DNA of 64,000 bases from Spirochaetia bacterium (GTDB lineage Bacteria > Spirochaetota > Spirochaetia > SZUA-6 > Bin103), in NCBI GenBank assembly GCA_965198005.1, contig CBDAOI010000003.1, forward strand, positions 448,001-512,000, written 5' to 3'. Of the stretch, positions 1-12,400 are shown piece by piece. Numbering within the stretch: position 1 is the stretch's first letter; every line of letters starts with the position of its first letter. The position numbers and the translations under genes were made by a program. The notes beneath the pieces were generated by a model. It was not told the DNA's origin. It did not search any database and worked only from the letters and a program-made list of their open reading frames with translations.

Positions 1-13
1 GTTAAGATACGCC

Positions 14-1420
14 ATGGTCAGGGGCCGGCTGCCGATCGGGATACAGACCTTCCGCAAGCTCCGGGAGCGGAACTGCTACTACGTCGACAAGACGGCTTAC
101 ATAGACCGGCTGCTCCACGAGGGCACGCACTACTTTCTGTCGCGGCCGCGGCGGTTCGGCAAGAGCCTGTTCCTGGACACGCTGAAGGAGCTGTTCGAGG
201 GCAACGAGGAACTGTTCGCGGGGCTCTACATCCACCAGCGCCACAACTGGACGGAGCGCCATCCGGTGGTGCGGCTGAGCTTCGGCGGCGGCAACTTCAA
301 GGAGCCGGGGGAACTGCACGAGGACGTGATGCTCCAACTGGAGGATCTGGAGGAAGAGGCTGAGATCGCGGTCCGCCGAGTGAGCGCCCCGGCGCGCCTG
401 CGCCGCTTGCTGCAGGCGCTGCATCGCAAGACCCGGCGGCGGGTGGCGGTGCTGGTGGACGAGTACGACAAGCCGATCCTGGACGCGCTGGTGGAGAAGC
501 CGGAGGTGGCGCGCGCCAACCGCGACTACCTGCGCGGATTGTACGGGGTGATCAAGGACAGCGACGCGCACGTGGAGTTCACGTTCGTGACCGGCATCAG
601 CAAGTTCTCGAAGGTGAACCTGTTCTCGCAATTGAACAACCTCACCGACCTGACGCTGGATCCGGTCTATTCGGCGATCTGCGGATACACGGAGCGGGAT
701 CTGGACACGGTGTTCGCGCCGGAGCTGGGCGGGCTGGACCGGGAGCAGGTGCGGGAGTGGTACAACGGCTACCTGCTGCTAGCTGGCGCGAGGGACTGGT
801 TCGGAGAAGGTGTACAACCCGTACGACCTGCTGCTGCGGAGGCGCTGCTGTTCCAGACCGGCTACCTGACCATCACGGGGGAAGAGGAGCTGGGCGGCAT
901 GGCGCTGTACCGGCTGGGCTATCCGAACCGGGAAGTGCGGCAGAGCCTGAACCGGGTCCTGCTGAGCCATCTGGTGCAGGACACGGCGCGGCAGACGGTG
1001 AACAGCATGCGCCTGGCGCGGCTGCTGGACGCGGTCGATTGCGAAGGCCTGCGAGGTCTGTTCCATGCCTTCTTCGCGAGCATCCCGTACGAATGGCACA
1101 CCAACAACGACATCGCCGACTACGAAGGCTTTTGCGCGAGCGTGTTCTACTCGTACTTCGCGGCGCTGGGGTACGAGATCGTGGTGGAGGAGTCGAGCAG
1201 CCACGGGCGGCTCGACATGGCGGTGCGCGCCGGCGGGCAGGTGTACCTGTTCGAGTTCAAGGTGGCGGAGCTGGCGCCGCCGGGGTCTGCGCTGGCGCAG
1301 TTGCGGGAGCGGGACTACGCGGCCAAGTACCGGGGCGGAGGCGAGCCGATCCACCTCATCGGCGTGGAGTTCAGCCGCGACACGCGCAACGTGACCGCGT
1401 TCGAGGTGGCTGCCGGCTGA
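14..1420 (+). pseudogene. AAA-ATPase-like + PD-(D/E)XK nuclease (DUF1703-type), copy 1; open frame but scrambled and internally deleted near 775-840
   Basis: LPIGIQTF start, Walker A RPRRFGKS, Walker B VLVDEYDKP, C-terminal GRLD..YLFEFK..ALAQ..Y nuclease motif. About 50 codons (FDS..AHWFETGTP..IGT) present in the 22218 copy are missing. Confidence 0.85.
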
Positions 1421-1572
1421 CGATCTGTCGGCATGACGCGTCATTGTACCAATCCTGCTCACATTTGTCGTTTTGACGAACACAGCCCAGGCGCGCCTGC
1501 CGGTCTTCGAAGCGGCGCGTCGCGTCCTCCAGGAAACGATCGATCGTCCGCTCCACCTGTCCGGCGCCCCGA

Positions 1573-1613
1573 GACATAATATAATTATGTAATAGGAATA
1601 ATTGTATTATGTC
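1573..1613. promoter_or_regulatory. AT-rich 16-bp inverted repeat (operator or dif-like site)
   Basis: gacataatataattat-N9-ataattgtattatgtc, 1 mismatch, in otherwise very GC-rich DNA. Confidence 0.6.
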
Positions 1614-1878
1614 AAAGGACTTGCTGGCTCATCCTCTTGACATGACTGCGCAATGTCCAGTTCCATTTCGCCCAAGACGGCCGTAGCGCAACCGTGTGTG
1701 GACAGGCCATCGGAAGCGGGCAAACCCGCTCGCGGCCCGGAGCCTGGCAAGCGGGAGTGCGTCGTCGGACCGCGGGGGAGATTGCACGATGGGCTCTACT
1801 GGTGACTGTAGTTCGTTCGAGGCCATGACTGCGCTCCGGGCGCGGGAGCAACGCCGCGTAAGCACCGGCCTTATACAT

Positions 1879-3425
1879 ATGCCGCATCCGCCGCTGACCG
1901 GGCGGCGGGCCCCGCGCGGCGGGCGGCCCGGCCTCCGCCGCTTCGCCCGGGCGTTCGCCGCCGCGGCATTGCTCGCGCTCTTCGGCGCCCTCGCTCCGCC
2001 GGCGCAGGCCCAGACCTGCACCGACAACGACATCGACCTCGTGCGGGGAAAGAACGAGTCGGAAGGCAGCGTCCAGATCTGCCACGACAACTAGTGGCGC
2101 TCGGTCTGCGACGACGAACTAAAGGTTGCTTCCGAGCTTCCGACAACATTACTGCCAACGGCTGGGCGTTCGCCGGGGTCGTGTGCCGCCAGCTCGGCCA
2201 TGCCACCGGGACCCCGACAACCTCGTCGCAGTTCGGCGCGATCTTTCCCGTGAGTTTCTGGCTTGACGACGTGGTGTGCGACGGCACGGAGGCCAATCTC
2301 GGCGCCTGCGCGCACGCCGGCTGGGGAACGAACAACTGTTCCTTCAGCGAGCGGGCGGGCGTGCAGTGCACGGTGGCCGCGTCGGGGCTGACGGCGACGG
2401 GCGGAGACAACGCCTCGAGCTACACCGCGACCAAGCATGTCAACCTGATCGATTACGTGTTCCAGGTGCGCGCGGTGAATGCCGGGGGCGGGAGCGGGCC
2501 GTCGAACGAGGCGGCGGCGACGCCGCTGCACCCGGACGCGCCGCCGGCGCCGACGGTGAGCGCGCCCGCGGGCACGGCGGGGCTGCTGGAGGTGAGCTGG
2601 ACGGAGCCGACCGCTGGAGCTTACGTGGTGCGGTACTGGCCGGCCGATGAAGACGGCAGCACGCGGCGGACCAGGTCGGCGTCGGACCAGAACGCGCTGG
2701 TGGCTCTGGTCGCCGGCGTCAGTGACTGCGCCGATGTCACCACCGCCCATCTCGCCGCCATCACCGGCGAGTTGGACCTGGGAAATCAGGACCCCAAGAT
2801 CACCGCCCTCGCGGCCGGGGATTTCGACGGGCTGAACTCGCTGACGACACTGGGTCTGTCGGGAAACGCTTTAACCACGCTGCCCGCCGGGGTGTTCGAC
2901 GACCTGACCGCACTGAACAGGCTGGATCCTAGCCACAACACTCTGACCGAGCTTCCCGCCGGGGTGTTCAAGAAACTGACCGCGCTGAGGTTTCTACTGT
3001 TGCGGTACAACGATCTGACCGAGCTTCCCGACGGGGTGTTCGACGGGCTGACCGCGCTGAGCCAGCTCTGGCTGGACCGGACCGCGCTGACCGAGCTTCC
3101 CGAAGGGATGTTCGTCGAGCTGACCTCGCTGAACTTGGGTGATCGGTCGGCAAACGGTCATCAGGATCGAAGCGGACTCCCGCTCGGTGGTGGACGAAGG
3201 CGCACCGTTGCGCTTCACGCTGTCGCGCGACCAACCCCACGGCAGCCTCCGATCGCGAAACCGGCGGAACACGAAGTCGCCGCAAGCGCCGCGGTGAACG
3301 TGACGGCGGTGAACGACCCGGCCACGGGCGCGCCGATGGCCGGCCGTGTGCGGCACCTCCTCCCCCTGTGGGCAGTACGAGTTGACGACAAGTGGTCTTG
3401 CTATTGGTCTCGGGATGACTACTAG
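1879..3425 (+). pseudogene. Disrupted secreted mosaic protein: signal peptide, SRCR domain, FN3 fragments, LRRs, cadherin-linker remnant
   Basis: Signal ending AQA-Q; EGSVQICHDN*WRSVCDD..VVCRQLG..WLDDVVCDGTE..C.HAGWG.NNC..ERAGVQC; YVFQVRAVN; LPAGVFDDLTAL repeats. TAG at 2092 and frameshift at about 2120-2160. Confidence 0.8.
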
Positions 3426-3480
3426 AGAGCCGAGTGTCGGGATGTGCAGTGGCCGTCGAGGACGCGGCGCGGGTCTTCCC

Positions 3481-6400
3481 ATGACCTCCGCCGTCGACCC
3501 CGGTCCGGTGCGTGCCCGCGCAGGTCGGGCCTGGCCCGCAGTGGCTGGACTGCTGCTGCTCGCGACGCTGGCCCCGGAGCCGGCCCATGCGCAGACCGGC
3601 ATCTGCGGGCGGACAGAGGTGGTGCGCGACGCGCTGGTGGCTCTGGTCGCCGGCGTCAGTGACTGCGCCCTTGTCACCGACACCCATCTTGCCGCCATCA
3701 CCGGCGAGCTGGACCTGGAAGGCGAGCTGGATCCGGAAACGGGAAATTATGTCCCCAAGATCACCGCCCTCGCGGCCGGAGATTTCGACGGGCTGACCTC
3801 GCTGACCACGCTGGATCTCTCCTTCAACGATCTGACCACGCTGCCCGACGGGGTGTTCGACGAGCTGACCTCGCTGACCACGCTGGAACTGCTCCACAAC
3901 AACGATCTGACGCTGACCGACGGGGTGTTCGACGAACTGACCTCGCTAACGGGTCTGTATCTCTTCAACAACGGGCTGACCACGCTTCCCGACGGGGTGT
4001 TCGACGAGCTGACCTCGCTGACCCATCTGCAACTGCACCACAACAACGATCTGACGCTGCCCGACGGGGTGTTCGACGGGCTGACCTCGCTGACCGTTCT
4101 GCAACTGCATGTCAACGGGCTGACCTCGCTGCCCGACGGGGTGTTCGACGAGCTGACCTCGCTACTGAGTCTATTTCTGAACCATAACGAGCTGACCTCG
4201 CTGCCCGACGGGGTGTTCGACGAGCTGACCTCGCTAACGGGTCTATTTCTGAACGATAACAAGTTGACCACGCTGCCCGACGGGGTGTTCAACGAGCTGA
4301 CCTCGTTGACCACGCTGAACCTGCAGGAGAATCCCGGGGCGCCCTTTGCGCCCACCGCCGTGGCCCTGCCCGATGACGGAACGATTCCCCTCGCCGGAGG
4401 CACGGTGACGCTCGACGGCAGCGCTAGCGGCGGGGCGTGGGGCACGAATGTCACCTATTCCTGGGCGCTGACCAATCCGGCGAACGGGGTGACGGTGACG
4501 TTTGACGATAACGCGAGCGCCAAGCCGGTGGTGACGATCCCGGCGCTGGCGGAGAACACCGAGCTTACCTTCACCCTCACCGTGACCGGTCAAGGCGGCA
4601 CACACGGCATTTCCCCCGCCACCGCCACCGCCACCGTGACGGCGAGGGCAAACACCGCCCCGGACGCGACGGACGCGACGGTCAGCACCGACGAGGACAC
4701 GGCCTACGACTTCGATGCCAGCGACTTTAACTTCACCGACGACGACTCCGGCGACACGCTGGCGAGCGTGAAGATTACGTCCCTGCTTGGGTCCGGCAAA
4801 GGCAGCCTGACGCTTGACGGGTCGGCTGTGACGGCAGACCAGGTGGTTTCCGGGGCCGACATCGATGCGGACAAGCTCGTCTACAACCCGCCGGCGAACG
4901 CCAACGGCGATGACTACGCCAGCTTCGGCTTCAAGGTGAGCGACGGCACGGATGAGAGCGTCTCGGCCTACACCATGACGATCGACGTCACGGCGGTGAA
5001 CGACGCCGCGACGGGTGAGCCGGCGATATCGGGCACGGCCCGGGTGGGGAGTGAGTTGACCGCGGCCAAGGGCACCATTGCCGACGTCGAGGGGTTGACG
5101 AGCGTCAGCTACAGCTACCAGTGGATACGTGTCGACGGCACGGAAGAGACGGACATCACCGGGGCGACGTCAAGCACCTACACCCTGGTGGCCGCCGACC
5201 AGGGCAAGAAGGTCAAGGTGAGGCTCGGCTTCACCGATGACGGCGGCACCGGCGAGGCGCGGACCAGCGCGGCCTATCCGGACGGTGCGACGGTGCTTCC
5301 GCCCCCGGCGGTGCTCATCAGCGGCGCCGACGACCTCAAGACCGGTGAAGATGGCACGACCGCCACTTTCCAGGTGCGGCTCGCCGCCGCGCCGGTGAAC
5401 GAAGTCACCGTGACGCCTTCGAGCAGCGACACGGGCGAGGGCACGGTGTCCGGGGCGCTGACCTTCACCACGACCAACTGGAACACCGCCAGGACGGTGA
5501 CCGTGACCGGCGTGGACGATGCGGACGTGGACGGTGAGCAGTCTTTCAGTATCACTTTCAGGGTTGAAAGCACGGACCCGGGTTACGCCGGCATCAGCGT
5601 CCCCGCGGTGTCCGTGACCAACGCCGATGACGAACCGCTGGCGCTGATCCTCGACGCGATCGCCACCGACAACACGGTGAACATCGCCGAGAAGGCGGCG
5701 GGGTTTGCGATCTCGGGCGCCACCGGCTCGCAGGGGGGTGTGAGTGTCACCGTGACGGTGGGCACGACGGAGCTGACGGCGACCTCCGTCGCCGCCGACC
5801 CGGCGACCTGGTCGGTGGCCGTGCCGGCGAACGCGGCCTACCTCACCGGCACGAGCGTGGCGGTGGCGGTGAGCGCGAGCAAGACCGGGTACACGGCGCC
5901 GGGCGACGTGACGCGCACTCTCGCGGTGGACCTGGCGGCGCCTTCGGCGACCTACACGGCGCCCTCTTCGCTGCAGGTGGGGGTGGCCATCGGCGCCATG
6001 ACGCCGAGCACCACGGACCCCGACATCGCCTCCTACGGCGCCACGGGTCTGCCGTCGGGGCTGGGCATCGACACCGGCACCGGGGTCATCGACGGCACGC
6101 CGGCCACGGCCGACGCCAACACCGCCGACGCCACGGTGACGGTGACCGACACCGCCGGCAACACCGCCACGGTCGACATCACCTTCCCGGCGGTGGCCAA
6201 GGGGGACCAGACGCTGACGGGGTTCGCCTACAGCCCCGCCACGGTGACCTATGGCGACACCGCCCCGACGGTGACGGCGCCGGGCGGGGTGCAGACCACC
6301 CTGTTGTACTCGGCCACGCCGGCCACGGTGTGCACGGTGGACGCGTCCACCGGCGCCCTGATCCTGGCGGGGGTGGGCGACTGCGTGATTACCGCCACCG

Positions 6401-9400
6401 CGGCAGGCGCCGCCGACTACAACGAGGCCACCGCGGCGTTCACCGTCACGGTGGCGGCGGCCGGCGCGCTGGCGCTGACCCTCGACGCCATCGCCACCGA
6501 CAACACGGTGAACATCGCCGAGAAGGCGGCCGGGTTTGCGATCTCGGGCGCCACCGGCTCGGAGGGGGGTGTGAGTGTCACCGTGACGGTGGGCACGACG
6601 GAGCTGACGGCGACCTCCGCCGCCGCCGACCCGGCGACCTGGTCGGTGGCCGTGCCGGCGAACGCGGCGTACCTCACCGGCACCAGCGTCACGGTGACGG
6701 TGAGCGCGAGCAAGACCGGGTACACGGCGCCGGGCGACGTGACGCGCACCGTCGCGGTGGACCTGGCGGCGCCTTCGGCGACCTACACGGCGCCCTCGTC
6801 GCTGCAGGTGGGGGTGGCCGTCGGCGCCATGACGCCGAGCACCACGGACCCCGACATCGCCTCCTACGGCGCCACGGGTCTGCCGTCGGGGCTCGGCATC
6901 GACACCGGCACCGGGGTCATCGACGGCACGCCGGACACGGCCGACGCCAACGCCGCCGAGGCCACGGTGACGGTGACCGACACCGCCGGCAACACCGTGG
7001 ACGTCCCGATCACTTTCCCGGCGGTGGCCAAGGGGGACCAGACGCTGACGGGGTTCGCCTACAGCCCCGCCACGGCATGGCGACACCGCTCCGGCGGTGA
7101 CGGCGCCGGGCGGGGTGCAGACGACCCTGTCGTACTCGGCCACGCCGGCCACGGTGTGCACGGTGGACGCGTCCAGCGGCGCCCTGACCCTGGCGGGGGT
7201 GGGCGAGTGCGTGATCACCGCCACCGCGGCGCCGAGCGACGACTACAACCAGGGGACGGCCACCTACACGGTCACGGTGGCGGCGGCGGGCACGCTGGCG
7301 CTGACCCTCGACGCCATCGCCACCGACAACACGGTGAACATCGCCGAGAAGGCGGCCGGGTTTGCGATCTCGGGCGCCACCGGCTCGCAGGGGGGTGTGA
7401 GTGTCACCGTGACGGTGGGCACGACGGAGCTGACGGCGACCTCCGCCGCCGCCGACCCGGCGACCTGGTCGGTGGCCGTGCCGGCGAACGCGGCGTACCT
7501 CACCGGCACCAGCGTCACGGTGACGGTGAGCGCGAGCAAGACCGGGTACACGGCGCCGGGCGACGTGACGCGCACCGTCGCGGTGGACCTGACGGCGCCT
7601 TCGGCGACCTACACGGCGCCCTCGTCGCTGCAGGTGGGGGCGGCCATCGGCGCCATGACGCCGAGCACCACGGACCCCGACATCGCCTCCTACGGCGCCA
7701 CGGGCCTGCCGTCGGGGCTCGGCATCGACACCGGCACCGGGGTCATCGACGGCACGCCGGCCACGGCCGACGCCAACACCGCCGAGGCCACGGTGACGGT
7801 GACCGACACCGCCGGCAACACCGCCACGGTCGACATCACTTTCCCGGCGGTGGCCAAGGGGGACCAGACGCTGACGGGGTTCGCCTACAGCCCCGCCTCG
7901 GTGACCTATGGCGACACCGCTCCGGCGGTGACGGCGCCGGGCGGGGTGCAGACGACCCTGTCGTACTCGGCCACGCCGGCCACGGTGTGCACGGTGGACG
8001 CGTCCAGCGGCGCCCTGACCCTGGCGGGGGTGGGCGAGTGCGTGATCACCGCCACCGCGGCGCCGAGCGACGACTACAACCAGGGGACGGCCACCTACAC
8101 GGTCACGGTGGCGGCGGCGGGCACGCTGGCGCTGACCCTCGACGCCATCGCCACCGACAACACGGTGAACATCGCCGAGAAGGCGGCCGGGTTTGCGATC
8201 TCGGGCGCCACCGGCTCGCAGGGGGGTGTGAGTGTCACCGTGACGGTGGGCACGACGGAGCTGACGGCGACGTCCGTCGCCGCCGACCCGGCGACCTGGT
8301 CGGTGGCCGTGCCGGCGAACGCGGCGTACCTCACCGGCACCAGCGTCACGGTGACGGTGAGCGCGAGCAAGACCGGGTACACGGCGCCGGGCGACGTGAC
8401 GCGCGCCCTCGCGGTGGACCTGGCGGCGCCTTCGGCGACCTACACGGCGCCCTCGTCGCTGCAGGTGGGGGCGGCCATCGGCGCCATGACGCCGAGCACC
8501 ACGGACCCCGACATCGCCTCCTACGGCGCCACGGGTCTGCCGCCGGGGCTCGGCATCGACACCGGCACCGGGGTCATCGACGGCACGCCGGACACGGCCG
8601 ACGCCAACGCCGCCGACGCCACGGTGACGGTGACCGACACCGCCGGCAACACCGTGGACGTCCCGATCACTTTCCCGGCGGTGGCCAAGGGGGACCAGAC
8701 CCTGACGGGGTTCGCCTACAGCCCCGCCACGGTGACCTATGGCGACACCGCTCCGACCGTCACCCCCCCTACCGGGGCTCAGACCACCCTGTCGTACTCG
8801 GCCACGCCGGCCACGGTGTGCACGGTGGACGCGTCCAGCGGCGCCCTGACCCTGGCGGGGGTGGGCGAGTGCGTGATCACCGCCACCGCCGCGCCGAGCG
8901 ACGACTACAACCAGGGGACGGCCACCTACACGGTCACGGTGGCGGCGGCGGGCACGCTGGCGCTGACCCTCGACGCCATCGCCACCGACAACACGGTGAA
9001 CATCGCCGAGAAGGCGGCCGGGTTTGCGATCTCGGGCGCCACCGGCTCGCAGGGGGGTGTGAGTGTCACCGTGACGGTGGGCACGACGGAGCTGACGGCG
9101 ACCTCCGTCGCCGCCGACCCGGCGACCTGGTCGGTGGCCGTGCCGGCGAACGCGGCCTACCTCACCGGCACGAGCGTGGCGGTGGCGGTGAGCGCGAGCA
9201 AGACCGGGTACACGGCGCCGGGCGACGTGACGCGCACCGTCGCGGTGGACCTGGCGGCGCCTTCGGCGACCTACACGGCGCCCTCGTCGCTGCAGGTGGG
9301 GGCGGCCGTCGGCGCCATGACGCCGAGCACCACGGACCCCGACATCGCCTCCTACGGCGCCACGGGTCTGCCGCCGGGGCTGGGCATCGACACCGGCACC

Positions 9401-12400
9401 GGGGTCATCGACGGCACGCCGGCCACGGCCGACGCCAACACCGCCGCCGCCACGGTGACGGTGACCGACACCGCCGGCAACACCGCCACGGTCGACATCA
9501 CCTTCCCGGCGGTGGCCAAGGGGGACCAGACGCTGACGGGGTTCGCCTACAGCCCCGCCTCGGTGACCTATGGCGACACCGCTCCGGCGGTGACGGCGCC
9601 GGGCGGGGTGCAGACGACCCTGTCGTACTCGGCCACGCCGGCCACGGTGTGCACGGTGGACGCGTCCAGCGGCGCCCTGACCCTGGCGGGGGTGGGCGAG
9701 TGCGTGATTACCGCCACGGCCGCAGGCGCCGCCAACTACAACGAGGCCACCGCGGCGTTCACCGTCACGGTGGCGGCGGCGGGCACGCTGGCGCTGACCC
9801 TCGACGCCATCGCCACCGACAACACGGTGAACATCGCCGAGAAGGCGGCCGGGTTTGCGATCTCGGGCGCCACCGGCTCGCAGGGGGGTGTGAGTGTCAC
9901 CGTGACGGTGGGCACGACGGAGCTGACGGCGACGTCCGTCGCCGCCGACCCGGCGACCTGGTCGGTGGCCGTGCCGGCGAACGCGGCGTACCTCACCGGC
10001 ACCAGCGTGGCGGTGACGGTGAGCGCGAGCAAGACCGGGTACACGGCGCCGGGCGACGTGACGCGCACCGTCGCGGTGGACCTGACGGCGCCTTCGGCGA
10101 CCTACACGGCGCCCTCGTCGCTGCAGGTGGGGGTGGCCGTCGGCGCCATGACGCCGAGCACCACGGACCCCGACATCGCCTCCTACGGCGCCACGGGTCT
10201 GCCGCCGGGGCTCGGCATCGACACCGGCACCGGGGTCATCGACGGCACGCCGGCCACGGCCGACGCCAACACCGCCGAGGCCACGGTGACGGTGACCGAC
10301 ACCGCCGGCAACACCGCCACGGTCGACATCACCTTCCCGGCGGTGGCCAAGGGGGACCAGACGCTGACGGGGTTCGCCTACAGCCCCGCCACGGTGACCT
10401 ATGGCGACACCGCTCCGGCGGTGACGGCGCCGGGCGGGGTGCAGACGACCCTGTCGTACTCGGCCACGCCGGCCACGGTGTGCACGGTGGACGCGTCCAG
10501 CGGCGCCCTGACCCTGGCGGGGGTGGGCGAGTGCGTGATCACCGCCACCGCGGCAGGCGCCGCCGACTACAACGAGGCCACCGCGGCGTTCACCGTCACG
10601 GTGGCGGCGGCCGGCGCGCTGGCGCTGACCCTCGACGCCATCGCCACCGACAACACGGTGAACATCGCCGAGAAGGCGGCCGGGTTTGCGATCTCGGGCG
10701 CCACCGGCTCGGAGGGGGGTGTGAGCGTCACCGTGACGGTGGGCACGACGGAGCTGACGGCGACGTCCGTCGCCGCCGACCCGGCGACCTGGTCGGTGGC
10801 CGTGCCGGCGAACGCGGCGTACCTCACCGGCACCAGCGTGGCGGTGACGGTGAGCGCGAGCAAGACCGGGTACACGGCGCCGAGCGACGTGACGCGCACC
10901 GTCGCGGTGGACCTGGCGGCGCCTTCGGCGACCTACACGGCGCCCTCGTCGCTGCAGGTGGGGGTGGCCGTCGGCGCCATGACGCCGAGCACCACGGACC
11001 CCGACATCGCCTCCTACGGCGCCACGGGTCTGCCGTCGGGGCTCGGCATCGACACCGGCACCGGGGTCATCGACGGCACGCCGGACACGGCCGACGCCAA
11101 CACCGCCGACGCCACGGTGACGGTGACCGACACCGCCGGCAACACCGTGGACGTCCCGATCACCTTCCCGGCGGTGGCCAAGGGGGACCAGACGCTGACG
11201 GGGTTCGCCTACAGCCCCGCCACGGTGACCTATGGCGACACCGCTCCGGCGGTGACGGCGCCGGGCGGGGTGCAGACGACCCTGTCGTACTCGGCCACGC
11301 CGGCCACGGTGTGCACGGTGGACGCGTCCAGCGGCGCCCTGACCCTGGCGGGGGTGGGCGAGTGCGTGATCACCGCCACCGCGGCGCCGAGCGACGACTA
11401 CAACCAGGGGACGGCCACCTACACGGTCACGGTGGCGGCGGCGGGCACGCTGGCGCTGACCCTCGACGCCATCGCCACCGACAACACGGTGAACATCGCC
11501 GAGAAGGCGGCCGGGTTTGCGATCTCGGGCGCCACCGGCTCGCAGGGGGGTGTGAGTGTCACCGTGACGGTGGGCGGGACGGACCTGACGGCGACCTCCG
11601 CCGCCGCCGACCCGGCGACCTGGTCGGTGGCCGTGCCGGCGAACGCGGCGTACCTCACCGGCACCAGCGTCACGGTGACGGTGAGCGCGAGCAAGACCGG
11701 GTACACGGCGCCGGGCGACGTGACGCGCACCGTCGCGGTGGACCTGGCGGCGCCTTCGGCGACCTACACGGCGCCCTCGTCGCTGCAGGTGGGGGCGGCC
11801 GTCGGCGCCATGACGCCGAGCACCACGGACCCCGACATCGCCTCCTACGGCGCCACGGGTCTGCCGTCGGGGCTCGGCATCGACACCGGCACCGGGGTCA
11901 TCGACGGCACGCCGGACACGGCCGACGCCAACGCCGCCGAGGCCACGGTGACGGTGACCGACACCGCCGGCAACACCGTGGACGTCCCGATCACTTTCCC
12001 GGCGGTGGCCAAGGGGGACCAGACGCTGACGGGGTTCGCCTACAGCCCCGCCACGGTGACCTATGGCGACACCGCTCCGGCGGTGACGGCGCCGGGCGGG
12101 GTGCAGACGACCCTGTCGTACTCGGCCACGCCGGCCACGGTGTGCACGGTGGACGCGTCCAGCGGCGCCCTGACCCTGGCGGGGGTGGGCGAGTGCGTGA
12201 TCACCGCCACCGCCGCACCGAGCGACGACTACAACCAGGGGACGGCCACCTACACGGTCACGGTGGCGGCGGCGGGCACGCTGGCGCTGACCCTCGACGC
12301 CATCGCCACCGACAACACGGTGAACATCGCCGAGAAGGCGGCCGGGTTTGCGATCTCGGGCGCCACCGGCTCGCAGGGGGGTGTGAGCGTCACCGTGACG

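Noticed and set aside
3757-4330. Repeat-spacer periodicity resembling CRISPR
   Set aside because: In-frame LRR coding repeats
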